Below, piece by piece: positions 63,538 to 64,000 of a stretch of DNA of 64,000 nt (the stretch's first letter is position 1; each line of letters starts with the position of its first letter). This DNA comes from Lama guanicoe (Eukaryota). The notes beneath the pieces were generated by a model. That model saw only the letters and a program-made list of their open reading frames with translations, did no database searches and was not told where the DNA came from. The translations under genes were made by a program, and so were the position numbers. The stretch is taken from contig MU053934.1 in the NCBI GenBank assembly GCA_013239625.1, positions 11,511,003-11,575,002 of the forward strand, written 5' to 3'.

Positions 63538-64000
63538 TTTTTAACTGAAGCCTAGTCAGTTCCAATGTGTCCATTTCCGGTGGACAGCGTCCTGTTCTAA
63601 TCGTGCATATGCGCATATGTTCATTTTCATATTCTTTTTCATTAAAGGTGATTACAAGATATTGAATATAGTTCCCTGTGCTCTACAGAAGAAATTTCCT
63701 TTTTTATCTATTTTTATATATAGTGGTTGACATTTGCAAATCTCAAACTCCCAAATTTATCCCTTTCCCCCAGTAACCATAAGATCGTTTACTGTGTCTG
63801 CGAGTCTGCTTCTGTTTTGTGGATGAGCTCATCAGTGTCCTCTCTTTTCTTTTTTCTTTTTTGGATCCCACCTACAAGTGATTTCACACGGTGTTTTCCT
63901 TTCTCCTCTGGCTCACTCCACTTAGGATGACCATCTCCTGGCAGTTCCATCCATTTGCTGCAAATGGCATTACTTTATTCTTTTTTATGGCTGAGTAGTA
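63538..64000 (-). mobile_element. L1 3' end (camelid-type), running off the window
   Basis: Closely similar to 1884-2236; extends into ORF2 C-terminus (ttgctgcaaatggcattactttattcttttttatggctgagtagta). Confidence 0.92.

Overview
This is mammalian non-coding genomic DNA, almost certainly camelid (alpaca/llama/camel). The evidence is a Vic-1-type tRNA-derived SINE and cetartiodactyl-type L1 3' ends, with no ruminant, pig or cetacean SINEs that I could recognise. I found no host protein-coding exon or RNA gene. The supplied ORFs are chance ORFs in GC-rich DNA, apart from decayed L1 ORF1/ORF2 and ERVL integrase/dUTPase remnants. The window reads as a GC/CpG-rich, probably distal-chromosome gene desert or large intron. 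It contains: (1) three solo copies of one ERV1-type LTR, each with an exact 4-bp TSD and CCAAT/octamer/TATA promoter motifs; (2) two L1 insertions with 5' inversions (twin-priming signature); (3) a nested L1/MER58/L1 stack and an L1 inserted at a SINE tail; (4) MaLR/ERVL LTRs, an ERVL internal fragment and a MER41-like LTR; (5) several AT-rich, homeodomain-motif-dense islands resembling conserved developmental enhancers; (6) apparent AT-to-GC drift in old repeats, suggesting GC-biased gene conversion; (7) a 42-N assembly gap. Repeat family names come from my recollection of consensus sequences, not from a search. I do not see a supportable new biological system; the best leads are regulatory and evolutionary.
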